From NCBI GenBank assembly GCA_051362555.1, contig CM120640.1, positions 62,412,788-62,476,787 on the forward strand: 64,000 nucleotides of DNA, given 5' to 3'. The DNA is from Lingula anatina (lineage: Eukaryota; Animalia; Brachiopoda). Position numbers and translations under genes: made by a program. The notes beneath the pieces were generated by a model that was not told where the DNA came from, did not search any database, and was given only the letters and a program-made list of their open reading frames with translations. Each line of letters opens with the position of its first letter. Position 1 is the stretch's first letter. Positions 27,301 to 37,800 of the stretch are shown here, piece after piece.

Positions 27301-29559
27301 GCATTTAGCATTAAGTTTATTTGATGGCATAAAAAAATTGTTTTCTTATCAACTCAAAATTGTCATCATCAGATGGTGGGCAGGACCCTGGGGACACTGT
27401 TCTGTCACATGCGGTGACAATGGCATGCATCGTCGTACAGTGATCTGTGTGCGTAGTCTGGGCCAGGACCAGCAGATAGCTCTGGAGGATCAGGACTGTG
27501 AGGACCAGGTGAAACCAGAGGAAACTGGGCCCTGTCATCACAAAGATTCATGTCCAGTAAAGGTGGAATGGCAGGTTGGACCTTGGTCAGCGGTAGGTCA
27601 GATAAATTGGCAAGCTGTACTTTAAAATATGTTCATGTAATATCAAATGTTATCAATACATGAAACTAAGGTGAAAATACATTAACAGTTGTTAGATGAG
27701 ATTGAACATATTTAAGTCAGTTTGGTTTTTACTTAAATTTTTCACTTTCTTTGATTTTGAAAGAAAGGAGGGAATGTTGATTTTTTGTTCTTTTTTTACC
27801 AATCAGTGTACCAGAAAATGTGGCCTAGGCATCCAGTTCCGCCAAGTAGAATGTATGAGTGGTCACAAGTGTAATCATCTCCCAAGACCAAAGACACAAC
27901 AGGTAATGCAACGGGTAGCCTCAAATAATATTGATTTGAAGTGATATATATATATATATATATATTGATTGATTAATTTGGAAACATTTCTCCTTTATTT
28001 ACAGTGTGTATGACTCCTTATGAACACATCTCAATTGACTGTATCAAACATAAAGAAGTGCTCTTGACATTTGAAATGAAATCCTTTATTTTAGATTAAC
28101 TCATTTTGTTCCAGGTGTGCAGCAATATACCTTGCCCCACTGACATCAGCAATGTAGTGCCAGAACTGGAAAACATTGGAGATTCTTCACAAAAAGACAA
28201 CTCCAGTCTTAAGACAAATCTGGTGGATTCTGTCCAAAGTCGCAACAATGACAGCAACACAGACCAGACCATTGTTACTTCATCACCAACAACAGTAGCT
28301 TCATTTTCAACAACTGCAAAGACTGATGATTTGAACAATAAGCAACAAAGTGGCATCAATCCATCTGACAAAGATTACAAAGTGCTGTCTCCATTTTCTT
28401 CAAATAGCAAAGCTGATCTGGATGATGGAGCTGTAGATACTCCCAGTAACCAGGAACTTACAGAAAAACAGCACCCAATAAATCAAAGACATAGACATCA
28501 TCATGGTCACAGAAATAGAACACATAGTTCAAAAAATATTAGAAACAATGCAGGAGATAAAGAAGATGAAGAAATCAGTCTTGGAAGTGAAGATGGAAGA
28601 AATGAAGTTTTAGTAACGGCAACACAGATGCAGTTATACAAGTGGAGGCCATTGGAATGGTCAGCTGTAAGTTTCTCCCAAAGGACTTATTCAGATGAGC
28701 TAATTTTGTCTTTTTGTTATTGGAAATATATAAAATATTGACCAATCAACCAAGATGTGAGATCTGGTACATAGAAATAGTGAGATAAGAATTTTGAAAT
28801 ATGTTGTAGTATCTGCAGTAAGCACTATCACTTCAATGAACATCTTTTATCGATTTATTATTCAAGGAAATGGTTTAATTTATGTGCTGTAAATCTTATT
28901 GTTTTGACAAGTTTATGGTAATGAACTGTATGATAATTTTATAGATTCAGGCTTTATGAATCATGATGAAAAGCTCTTTACAGGCTCATCAAAATATCTT
29001 TACAACCAATGTATTTCAAAGATCTATATATGTGTTTTCTTTACAGTGTAGTAAAGAATGTGGTGGTGGTGTCAGGACACGCCCCATGAAATGTGTGAAC
29101 CAAGTGACTAAAACAGTTTCGTGGGACACTATGTGCCATGATGGAGACAAGCCATCAGAAGTGGAGGCCTGTAATGATGAACCCTGTCTAGAGTGGGAGG
29201 TCTCTGACTGGGGAGAGGTGGGTACAAAATAGAATGCCGACAGCTGTATCTTTACTGTATCTTCTCTAAGAATAACCACCCCTAACAAATAGTCTCTTGA
29301 ATTTATGCAATGCTTCGATATCTTATTTTTCTTTTGGATTTTAGTGCTCTGTAAGCTGTGGACCTGGAGTCCAAGCAAGAAGTGTGCGGTGTCCAGAGAA
29401 ACATAGGTGTGACCACTCTATTAAGCCAGCAATACATCAGCACTGTAATCAAAAGTCCTGTCTGCTGTGGGTGACAGGACCATGGAGCTCTGTAAGTTGT
29501 CACTTTTGTGAAGGAAACTCTATGATTAAAACTACTTTTAAACAGGTAGATTATTATGG

Positions 29560-29635
<76 letters not shown>

Positions 29636-30312
29636 GGTGACTAGATAATTGTGATATTATTTTCATTGCTGTGGGGGGTAATTTCTTATTTGACAGAGTA
29701 AGATTTGAGTAATCCATTGTGTGTAAATGCACTACTGGTTACTTGGTGTGTTTTCAGTGTTCAAAGTCCTGTGGCACAGGAGAGCAGATTCGGCATGTAA
29801 AGTGTATAAACACATCATCAGATGAGCCAGTAGATGGGTGTGACTCCAGCATAAAACCTGTAGATAAGCAACAGTGCAATACCGATGGTTGCAGTGATGA
29901 AAATGCAGGTAAGTATTTAATAAGTAATGTAAGTTTGTAATGACTTTTATTTTATCCCTAGTCACTCAGCCTTGGTGGCAGTAAGTTGAGTCTAAGTGCT
30001 ACTCCCAGATGCCAGTAATGTAGTCAGTGTGACCGGCCAAGTCTGGAAACCCCTGTTTCCTCCATGTCCTCATTCAGTGATTTCATTAAAATTGATTGAA
30101 ATTGGTTTTAGCACTTCCATGAAAGTCATGAAATTGCATTTTGCTTCAACAATTCTGTATTTTTTGTAGCCTTTGAAGAAGGGGACTGCAGAATAGACAA
30201 GATGAGGTCAACAACATGTGAAGTTCTGAAGGGCAAAGGTTTGTGTGATCAGCGCTTTGTTGCCAGACACTGCTGTGTGACTTGTAAGGATGACAAAACG
30301 GATGACACATGA
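4033..30312 (+). CDS. ADAMTS7: ADAMTS7/ADAMTS12-like secreted metalloprotease, 5'-partial (23 coding exons in window, ~1235 aa)
   Basis: Phase-consistent GT-AG exons 4033-4219, 12593-12789, 17841-17924, 18363-18487, 18840-18989, 20959-21105, 21360-21504, 22173-22298, 22575-22720, 24212-24275, 24802-24907, 25142-25269, 25504-25624, 25849-26090, 26489-26621, 26819-26945, 27373-27592, 27807-27902, 28115-28666, 29047-29217, 29345-29491, 29758-29908, 30170-30312 (sum 3708 nt, TGA at 30310-30312). Motifs: GEYFIEP, cysteine switch YCGV, furin RQKR, HELGHNFGMKHD, Met-turn HVMAP, TSRs, mucin linker, PLAC. A mucin linker between TSR blocks is typical of the ADAMTS7/12 clade; the symbol indicates clade only. 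Confidence 0.93.
10767..11086. mobile_element. Degenerate foldback/MULE-like MITE with modular inverted arms
   Basis: Left TTCTGAGGATCTGCAGTTCC vs right GGAACAGTAGATCCTCAGAA (17/20 inverted match); termini GAGACA.../...TATCTC; flanks TGCATTG / TGCATAG. Confidence 0.5.
11246..11796. mobile_element. Young MITE with 110-bp TIRs and 6-bp TSD (TGGGTT)
   Basis: 11246-11355 is the near-perfect reverse complement of 11687-11796; TGGGTT at 11240-11245 and 11797-11802. Confidence 0.93.
12593..12789 (+). CDS. ADAMTS exon: furin site and start of the catalytic domain ([27 protein letters not shown]...YVLTIMNM)
   Basis: polypyrimidine tract + AG, GTAAGT donor; phase 1 matches the previous exon. Confidence 0.92.
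17841..17924 (+). CDS. ADAMTS exon ([28 protein letters not shown])
   Basis: ttccag / GTAAGG; conserved HDxSIGN motif. Confidence 0.92.
18363..18487 (+). CDS. ADAMTS exon ([20 protein letters not shown]...[10 protein letters not shown])
   Basis: splice signals; L.SFC.WQ and HHD.A.LLTR motifs. Confidence 0.93.
18840..18989 (+). CDS. ADAMTS exon ([49 protein letters not shown])
   Basis: first half of the zinc-binding motif HELGH. Confidence 0.95.
20959..21105 (+). CDS. ADAMTS exon (FGMKHD...HVMAP...[13 protein letters not shown])
   Basis: third zinc His and Met-turn. Confidence 0.95.
21360..21504 (+). CDS. ADAMTS exon, disintegrin-like start (WGYCLEDEP...[17 protein letters not shown])
   Basis: splice signals; PG..YDA..QC motif. 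Confidence 0.93.
22173..22298 (+). CDS. ADAMTS exon, disintegrin-like ([27 protein letters not shown]...)
   Basis: poly-T + AG; LWC and AAEGT.C motifs; phase-0 GT donor at 22299. Confidence 0.88.
22575..22720 (+). CDS. ADAMTS exon, TSR1 (WCFNGEC...[22 protein letters not shown]...RHCDNP)
   Basis: WxxWxxWxxCSRSCG motif. Confidence 0.95.
24212..24275 (+). CDS. ADAMTS exon, TSR1 end ([21 protein letters not shown])
   Basis: GGKYC.GER motif; AG/GTGAGT. Confidence 0.93.
24285..24360. repeat. (CT)n microsatellite immediately after an ADAMTS donor
   Basis: ~38 CT units. Confidence 0.97.
24802..24907 (+). CDS. ADAMTS exon, Cys-rich domain ([18 protein letters not shown]...LYEWEP)
   Basis: splice signals and frame. 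Confidence 0.92.
25142..25269 (+). CDS. ADAMTS exon, Cys-rich (NPCQLHCKP...VKDGTPC...MCISGRCR)
   Basis: V.DGTPC motif. Confidence 0.93.
25504..25624 (+). CDS. ADAMTS exon ([27 protein letters not shown])
   Basis: GCD...EDRCGVC.GDG motif. Confidence 0.94.
25849..26090 (+). CDS. ADAMTS exon, spacer domain ([12 protein letters not shown]...YLLNGHW...AGT)
   Basis: IP.GAR.I, LNG.W and AGT spacer motifs. Confidence 0.94.
26489..26621 (+). CDS. ADAMTS exon, spacer end / TSR2 start ([12 protein letters not shown]...[10 protein letters not shown])
   Basis: NPGV.FEY motif; splice signals. Confidence 0.92.
26819..26945 (+). CDS. ADAMTS exon, TSR2 end
   Basis: QRRVVVC...CNEHLCPA; phase consistent. 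Confidence 0.92.
27373..27592 (+). CDS. ADAMTS exon, TSR3 ([17 protein letters not shown]...)
   Basis: TSR motif; AG/GT. Confidence 0.92.
27807..27902 (+). CDS. ADAMTS exon, TSR4 ([16 protein letters not shown]...)
   Basis: TSR motif; AG/GT. Confidence 0.9.
28115..28666 (+). CDS. ADAMTS exon, Ser/Thr/Asp-rich mucin-like linker with His/Arg patch, ending [10 protein letters not shown]
   Basis: ORF 28106-28741 trimmed by ccag/GTAAGT; TSR halves at both ends. Confidence 0.9.
29047..29217 (+). CDS. ADAMTS exon, TSR5 ([12 protein letters not shown]...[16 protein letters not shown])
   Basis: TSR motif. Confidence 0.92.
29345..29491 (+). CDS. ADAMTS exon, TSR6 ([16 protein letters not shown]...WVTGPWSS)
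   Basis: TSR motif. Confidence 0.92.
29563..29635. repeat. (AT)n followed by poly-T
   Basis: direct reading. Confidence 0.95.
29758..29908 (+). CDS. ADAMTS exon, TSR7 ([16 protein letters not shown]...CNTDGC)
   Basis: TSR motif. Confidence 0.92.
30170..30312 (+). CDS. ADAMTS terminal exon, PLAC domain ([33 protein letters not shown]...stop)
   Basis: six-Cys PLAC pattern ending CC.TC; TGA. Confidence 0.92.
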
Positions 30313-32896
30313 TGTCACAAACAGGAGAGACTTTTGCCATTGAGTATTTTCTCATGTTCTTGTTGAGATGACTTATAAAACAAACTCATCATCATTATCA
30401 TCTTCTCCATTGTCATCATACTGTATCAAGTAGTCTGTCATGGGATCAGCTGGCCAAAACTGCTTGCATGATAGGACATCAGTGGGCACTGTCAGAGAGG
30501 TGGCTGGACACCTGGCATCTAGGCCTGCTATTAGCTCTTCCACAAGTGCAAAAAGTGGCAGAGTTCAATAGCTGCAAGAGCCCAGGGAATGGGGTACATA
30601 GATCCATACGTGTTGTGCTGTTGAAATATTTCAATGCTGTGATATTAATAGAAGTTTGGCAGCTTGTTTGCTGAAATAGCTGTAGACAAGATAAACATTC
30701 TGAAAGAGCAGCAATGGTGGATGGGAAAAGGCTGAGCCATAATATGTTGAGGTCAAATATGTATGATTTATCCATTTTGATTGACAAAAAATGACTGATA
30801 TTTGTGCTAATTACGCAACTTACCATGTAAGCATCTCAATTTAATTTCTGATATCAGTTGCATAAGGACACCAAGAAAAGTATTGTTCAGATAACTTGTT
30901 TTTTTTTTGACAGATATTTTTCATTTGCAGTATAAAGATAAAAAGAATTATTCCATGGATCAATGTTCAGTATTCAATCAATCTTTTATCATGTATTAAA
31001 TGTGTTGAAAGACAATTGAAATGAGACTGGTTGACAGGTTCATGTTTTTAGCTGTTGTGCACCAGATTTCAGCAAGGATAAGGATTATCCATCTGCTCAG
31101 ATCAGAATTTGGTAAATTTTAATAAGAATTTTTTATGAAGGAATATGAGTAAAAAAGTGTAACTTGTTAAGTAGTGAAGTATTTCTTGATCATGTGAAAC
31201 CTGATATATTCTCTCATCAACATCAAAATGTTTTGTTTTTTCATTTAGCCATTTTTCTATTAAAATCCTGAATTTATAATTGTCAAATCATGTCCTTCTT
31301 TGTGGATTTTGTGTGCCATATTAAACAGCACTGCCAAGACAATTGGCCCGCATTTTATAAACAAGGTAATGCTATACTTTAGAATTACATTTATAGGAAT
31401 TGTCAATTGAATTACAATTACAATGAGCGAAAGAGATTGGTCTAGATGCCATGCTTACACTATGGAAGCTGTCTGGATATTATCCTCATAGCTGGCAATA
31501 TATTTTCACAAAAAATAAAAAGAAAAAAATGCAGAAAGCTTGCAACTTGAATTTAAGTCAATATAGTGGTAGTTTTATTCATGTACCAAGTATCTAAAAT
31601 AAGCTAATGCTTGGAGGCCAGTCTGCATATCAAAAATTATCATTTTTGCCTGAGTTTGTGAAAATGACATCAATTGCAATTAAAAATGCAAAATTATGTT
31701 AGTGATGTATTGTTTCACAAAAGACACATTTGTGCTGAATTATAATTATTTATTTGTTTGTTAAGAAAATGCAAAAAAACTGAGAAGTTTGAGATAGTTT
31801 GGTTTTCCCAAAGTGTTGAGTAAAAAGAGTCTGTTGGAGTAGACTGTAAACATCTGTGATAGGAAGAGTATTATGACAGTTACACAAAACTGCTTTGAGC
31901 TGAAAGCAAAATTCAATTCTCTACTAACTTTCTGTTAAGAGGATATGCCATGTCACTGATTCACTTTTTAGTCATTTTCTGGTGGTCAACACATATGATA
32001 TGTGCTAATCTCTTGAAATTGAAATAATATCAAAGCTTGTGACATTTTATAAAGAGTAGGAGAAGACAGCAGCTGGGCTTCATATTTACATAGCAGTGCT
32101 CCAGCTCACAAGCAGGCTTCAGGCAGGCAGGGGGTATGCTAGATTTAAATGTATGGTCTGCTACACAGACAATCACATGTGTAAAGAGGTTCCTATGTGC
32201 CTTCTTCCAAATGTGTAATTAAGGGCCTTTTTTTATTTTAAACTGAAGGTGGATATATCATTCTGAGCCATACATTGATCAGTGAAAAACAATTTTAGCC
32301 ATCAATGCCCACAAATTGGGTACAGCAGCCTTCAGACTTTTTTGTGAGCATTGAGTTAATGTATACTCTTCCCTTCAGAATTTTAATGGAAAATCCCTGA
32401 TATTTTAGTGCACAATGCCAAAGATTATTACTGCAACTCATTCTGCTGCTGAAAGCATATTAACATTAAGGCTTGGAATTTTAGTTAAATTGTAGAATTC
32501 AGTTATGTGTTAGACTTCACAGAATAAGATTGTTTGGCAAGTGAAGTTCAACTCAGTAGATGTGTTAGCAGAAGTCTAGTTTTGTTACTGCATATCTTCA
32601 GTTATGCCAAATGTACAAACTTTGTATATAACATCTGTTATATAACAGAACTTTTAGGATTCTGTGTAGTTAATGATATGCCCATTAAGCTTATATAGAA
32701 AATGTTCAACAATTTTCTGTTCAAACATTTAACTGCCAAAATGCTATTTTAGCTTTGATTTTTAAAGGAATATTACATTTAATGGGCATTTTACATTACC
32801 ATATCAAAACTTAGAATCTGATTAAACAATAGATTTATTTCTGAATGTTCAGAAGCTATATTATGTTATGTAAAACTTGTATTGTTATTGAGAATT

Positions 32897-32902
32897 ATTA
32901 AA
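32897..32902 (+). terminator. Candidate polyadenylation signal (ATTAAA) for the ADAMTS gene, implying a ~2.6 kb 3'UTR
   Basis: ATTAAA with TGTA elements upstream and T/GT-rich sequence downstream; not verified. Confidence 0.3.
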
Positions 32903-33654
32903 TTACTTTTGTACAACAGTACGTAAGGTGCTTTTCACTTCCCCTTACCACAGTCCCTTTTGGTGTAATAAGCAGCTTATACATTTAAAAAAATTAAAAT
33001 GATTTTCCCTGATTCAGCAAATTTTCAATGTTCCTTTTAATACATCATCGATGTTACATTTCCAGAGATCAACTACTAATTGGGAGATCCCCACATTTAT
33101 TTCTCTGGCTGAGAAGAGAAATTGAAATAATTTAAGATACATTTATTAGAGACTTTTAGAACAATTAAACTGATTTTAACTTCAACAAATTTTAAAATTA
33201 GTGTTAAATCTTTAATCAACTGAAAACATTCTTTAAAACTAGATTACAGTTCTTTTTAATGAGTAAGTATGATTTTTGAGATTCAAGTTTGTTATTTATA
33301 ATATTGTTTTATCAAATTTTGACATAACTTGATTAAATATTCGAATCACTATGAAATTTTGTTGCACACTCAAAATGCTGTTCAAGGTAGGGGGTTAATT
33401 TTGCCTGTACATTACTCAGAAACCTCACGGTTCAAATGTCATTTTAAAAGCATATCCAAAAGGATCTACCCTTTTTATACTTTTCAAAAATTTTATATCT
33501 ATATATTGAAGCGATGCAACTTATGTTACAATACATTTGGGTGTGCCCTTGTCTCAACAACCACATTCAATAAAGCTCTACTGCACTGCTGCTGTTAATT
33601 ACTATTTTTCTCTCACAAACTGCTGCATAAATACAAGCACTAACACAACGTTTC

Positions 33655-33673
33655 TTTATTCTTATAGTTTATT
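33655..33673 (-). terminator. Two AATAAA polyadenylation signals for the minus-strand gene
   Basis: TTTATT at 33655-33660 and 33668-33673, ~760 nt past the stop codon. Confidence 0.45.
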
Positions 33674-34428
33674 AAGAAAACAATGTACAAATTGGTCTAT
33701 AGCATTGTGAATTATTCTGAAAACCTTGTGAAATACCAAAATGTGAGACTGTTGATTTTTTATGTACTTTACAAAAGCATCAACAAACAATTGGAATGAA
33801 AAAAGATTGGTCTGTATATGACTACAAAAATGTGAACCATTTATAAAAATTTCTCTCTTATGTTAAAAAATGCTAGAGTATGCATAAAAATATCTAACTC
33901 AGTAAAATTTTGATGGTTGTATATCTTATTTCCAAATTCGAGAATTCAAAAATATTGATAGCCACATATTGTGTCATATCATTAAATAAAATATTCATTA
34001 AAAATTCAGACACCTTATTCACCATTTCAAAATAAACTGGGAAATGTAATTTTAAGTTGTTTAAATGGTTCGGCTCTATATACTAACACAATATATTTGA
34101 AAGAAAATGTTCACATTCCTCCTACACAGTCACCAAAATGCACAGTCACAGAATTAAAAAAAAAAACTTTTAGTTTTCAGGTTCAAGGAAATATCTGACA
34201 TATTGATCATAATCATTATCTTATATATAATTATCTTAAAATGACATATTGCACATTCATATCACAGCTGCTTTTAATAGTATTTCCATAAGCTTTTTTT
34301 TTTTTGTAAAATGGGTGAGTAAGAGTAACTATAATTTTTTACACAACGTTATGCTCTTACTATCAGAATTATTATCTGATATATTCCAGAATAATTCCAG
34401 TCACACTGTTTTGCTTCTGATTTGAAAA

Positions 34429-34679
34429 TCAATTTGTTCTTTGGGTCCCCCAGAACTGGTCAGAGTTGGATCCAACTGTGTGCTGCAGACCAGAGGTACA
34501 AACTGACTCTCCCTTTGCTTTCTTCAACTCCATTTTCTGCTCCAGATTCTCTGCCTTTCTTTTGATGCCTTGGCTTTTGTTGAACTTCTTGCCAGTTGGA
34601 GTGGCTTGTTTGCAGTTGGCTTTTCCCTTTGACTCTTGAATGCAGTAACTGTGATCACAGGACGGGATGACAGTGTACT
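34429..34679 (-). CDS. Orphan gene, last exon (YTVIPSCDHSYCIQ...KRKAENLEQKMELKKAK...stop)
   Basis: atttcag acceptor, open frame to TGA. Confidence 0.8.
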
Positions 34680-37099
34680 CTGAAATAAATGATTTTAATG
34701 AATTGATATAAAATAGCAAACAAATATTTTCACATTAAAGAAAAGCAACAAAATGCACATTTTCCTTTCCTTACAAATAAAAGGCCAGATAAAACAATTC
34801 TCACAAGGAAGCATATCAAGCAAATAAAAAATCTAAATGTAGATATATAAATGTACCTATTTCTGACAGCTGAGGTTTGGTATGTGGTGTTGCAATAGGC
34901 TGGGAAACACCAGGAATTTTCCAAGCTGAAAAAACACCTGAACAGCTAGGTTTTCCTTGAATTTCCATAAAGGCTGAAAACAAGTTTGCATTTCATCATA
35001 GTATAAAAAAGAATGAGATCAGAATGCAACCATCAGTCCTTGATAAATGTACATTAATTTTTAAATCAAAAACATAACCTCTCTTTATAGTACACCAAAG
35101 GTAAAATTTATACGTTTCTGTTCAATGATAAATTTTAATGAATTTACCAAAAACAAAAAAAAAGTCCATATATTTTGGATGGCTCAAAAGTATAAATGTT
35201 ACTAATGTCAAAGTTCAGTAACTTCAACAGTTTTGAAAATATTGCAAAGAAATTTTGGGATATTTTAGGAAAATGATGTTTTTTATAAATGCTGAAAATT
35301 TCATGACTCTGTCTTCTTAGTTTTGGCACAAAATTAAAATTAAATTCTTAAGTGAAAAAATGTCTTGTCGCCCTATGTGACTTCTGGCTGGTATCATTTT
35401 CATTGTCATGGCATTTTTCAACGTGCTTTTAATTTGATGATAATATTAAAACTGTTTCACTTGAACACTAAAAATTTTCAGAGTGGCCCAGTAATGTATG
35501 AAAAATCTGTGTAAAATCCCAATTCAAAAGCTTATGAACTGTTAAAGTTATTATTGAGCTTTGAAATAAGTAACATATCATTGAGCCACCCGATATAATA
35601 TCTACTACTGTCAAATCTTACCTGGTGCTGGGACCTCCACTTCTGCCCCTATCATCAGAGCCTCGCCAGAGACAACATGCTGCCTTGTCAAAACAACAGA
35701 GGCTGGAAGATCACAATCACTGTTCATGATCACAAGTCTGATACTCTTTCCAGCATTCAATACTGCATCAGAGGTTGAAATCAGTGAGTCAGGATTAGAC
35801 GTTGAAGAGTAAGGTCCATCAGATAAATCTAGAAAAGGAAAAACTTAATTCACATTATTTCAAGTGGAAGAATATTTACAGTATACCATACTGTTCAAAT
35901 TACAAACCTTTCAAAATTAATTGTGTACCAAAATATTCAACATTCAGATCAGTTGCAACAGAATACTTCAAATCTATGAAAGACAGAAGTCTTAAATGCA
36001 ATAAAAACACATATAAGGTCATCAGTATTTTTAACAGCTTTTAAACTATTCCTACAATTTGTTTACCAACTTAAAAATAAAGAAACAAAATAATTTATGT
36101 ACCATTGAAAGATGGAACAATAGTGGACTGTCTTTTATTCTGCAACACCATCATCTTTTCAGTCTCAGCACTTTCTTTGTCCACAGCCACACCCCCTCTG
36201 GCACCAGCCAACCTGAAAAGGGCCTCCACAACATTCTCCACATCAATTTTATGCTTGGCTTTTGCAAAATCCTGAGGAACCATGGGATGCTCTGGGACCT
36301 CAGAACCAAGGTGCGCCTTGCACTTAGTAATGTGACTATATGCACTAGCTCGATTGAGCATCAGAAGTCCTTCCAAAGCATTCTCTACATCATACTCATG
36401 CTCAAACTGAACACAGGCAGGAGTAACAATACTGGATACAATTGGTTGACAGAAATGTCTGCCACTCTGGGGTAGCCTTGGATTTTCCAGTGCCCAAGGC
36501 TTCTTGCATCTTTCTCCTGTATGAGGTTTGTTGATGCCACTTAGCACTGTCAATCCTTCAGCAGCTTCCTTCAAGTTCAAGTCTTCACTTTGTTCTGGTC
36601 CAGCTTTGTCTGGAGAACTAGTAAGACCAAAAAATGCTGGTAAAGCACGAGACTGATTAATTTTCTGCATCTGTGATGCACTTTTTAGCAGCAAAAGTCC
36701 TTTGGCTGCTGCCTCCATTTCATTCTCAACTGTATCCTGTACACTCATGCTCCGAGTCATAGCTGGAACTTGTTCCCAGTTCTGGGAAGATTTGAGCATC
36801 AACAGGCACTCTACAGCCAACTTCATGTCCTTCCATGTATCATACTCAGCTCTGATTATCTCTAAAGAATCTGAAGCAACAGTTCGTCTTGATTTTGGCC
36901 CGTAGAAATTTGAAGACTTTTGACTTGCATTGGGGTATTTGTGTGGTTTTTGACTGTTCTTTGCAGATTTTTGCAATGCTGTTTTCTTTATAGTCTCAGC
37001 TTTTGCTGGTAAAATAGAGGTGTGATAGGCCTTCATCCCTCCACAACCACATGAACAATATTTGCTTGGGGCCTTCAAGGCTCTTCCTGTCATTATCAT
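34429..37099 (-). CDS. Uncharacterised ~484 aa protein with five SID-like AxxxLLxL helices, two [D/E]HxY motifs, CxCGCG and a basic NLS-like segment
   Basis: Exons 37102-36103 (ATG at 37099), 35828-35622 and 34679-34429 join in frame through canonical GT-AG introns (phase 1, phase 1); 1455 nt with no internal stop. Confidence 0.82.
35622..35828 (-). CDS. Orphan gene, second coding exon (DLSDGPYSSTSNPDSL...GAEVEVPAP)
   Basis: ttttctag acceptor, CAG/GTAAGA donor, open in the required phase. Confidence 0.82.
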
Positions 37100-37102
37100 C
37101 AC
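36103..37102 (-). CDS. Orphan gene, first coding exon (repeat motifs LAVECLLML, EAAAKGLLLL, EAAEGLTVL, NALEGLLML, NVVEALFRL)
   Basis: 1 kb open frame in AT-rich DNA; acceptor tttttag at 37103-37109, donor GTACAT at 36102. Confidence 0.85.
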
Positions 37103-37643
37103 CTAAAAAGTAAAATTAAAAGAAATTTTTAATCCTCCAGTGGAGTTCTGCATTTACTGCACTGAGTGTTTTCCTAGTTTACTTCTTTTTTTTATTGTGA
37201 ATTATGGTAGAATTAATCATACTTTAAATACTTCTCCATCAAATTTTTTGATAGCCATAACTATTACTGTGAAATGTATGTTGATTACTAGTAGTCATTC
37301 TGTTGCATTTTACAAAAATATCTTTTAAATAAAACTTAGGTTTTAATAAAACCTAAATTTATTACTATATCTTAGTACTTGAAGATTCTACATTATCAAC
37401 GATTTAAAGGACCGAACAAAGAACTTACAATGAAAGACTAAAACAGCGATGAAATTCTGCTGTCTGCAACGTATCATCAACAAGGAACCGAAAAACGGCA
37501 TGTCGTTATTGTTTTATGACGCTTGTTTCTGGGAAGTGCTTGTGTTAGTAAAATTAGACAATAATAATAATAAAACCAAATAGCATTATTTTGGGAAATA
37601 CTGTTAATCAAATTGGGGTTAAGATGACTTCAAATGAACTCAC

Positions 37644-37800
37644 CAATTTGTTCCAGAGGCGTATAACTTAAAAATTGTGCGATATGGAAATATTCTGACG
37701 AAGGCCTAAGAGAGCTCGCAGTCAACTGACGTTCTTGACGACGTGTTGATCCGTTGGTTGCCTTGACGCTATGCGCATGAGAAAAAGTTATTCGCTTTAT
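37644..37800 (-). promoter_or_regulatory. CpG-rich promoter / non-coding first exon of the orphan gene
   Basis: Minus-strand donor G/GTGAGT at 37643 with an in-frame TAA upstream; local CpG enrichment with several TGACG half-CRE sites and TGCGCATG (NRF1-like); second possible donor GTAAGT at 37428. Confidence 0.5.

Noticed and set aside
36059-36475. 138-aa plus-strand ORF and other shadow ORFs
   Set aside because: Antisense shadow of the minus-strand coding exon; no motifs or splice support.
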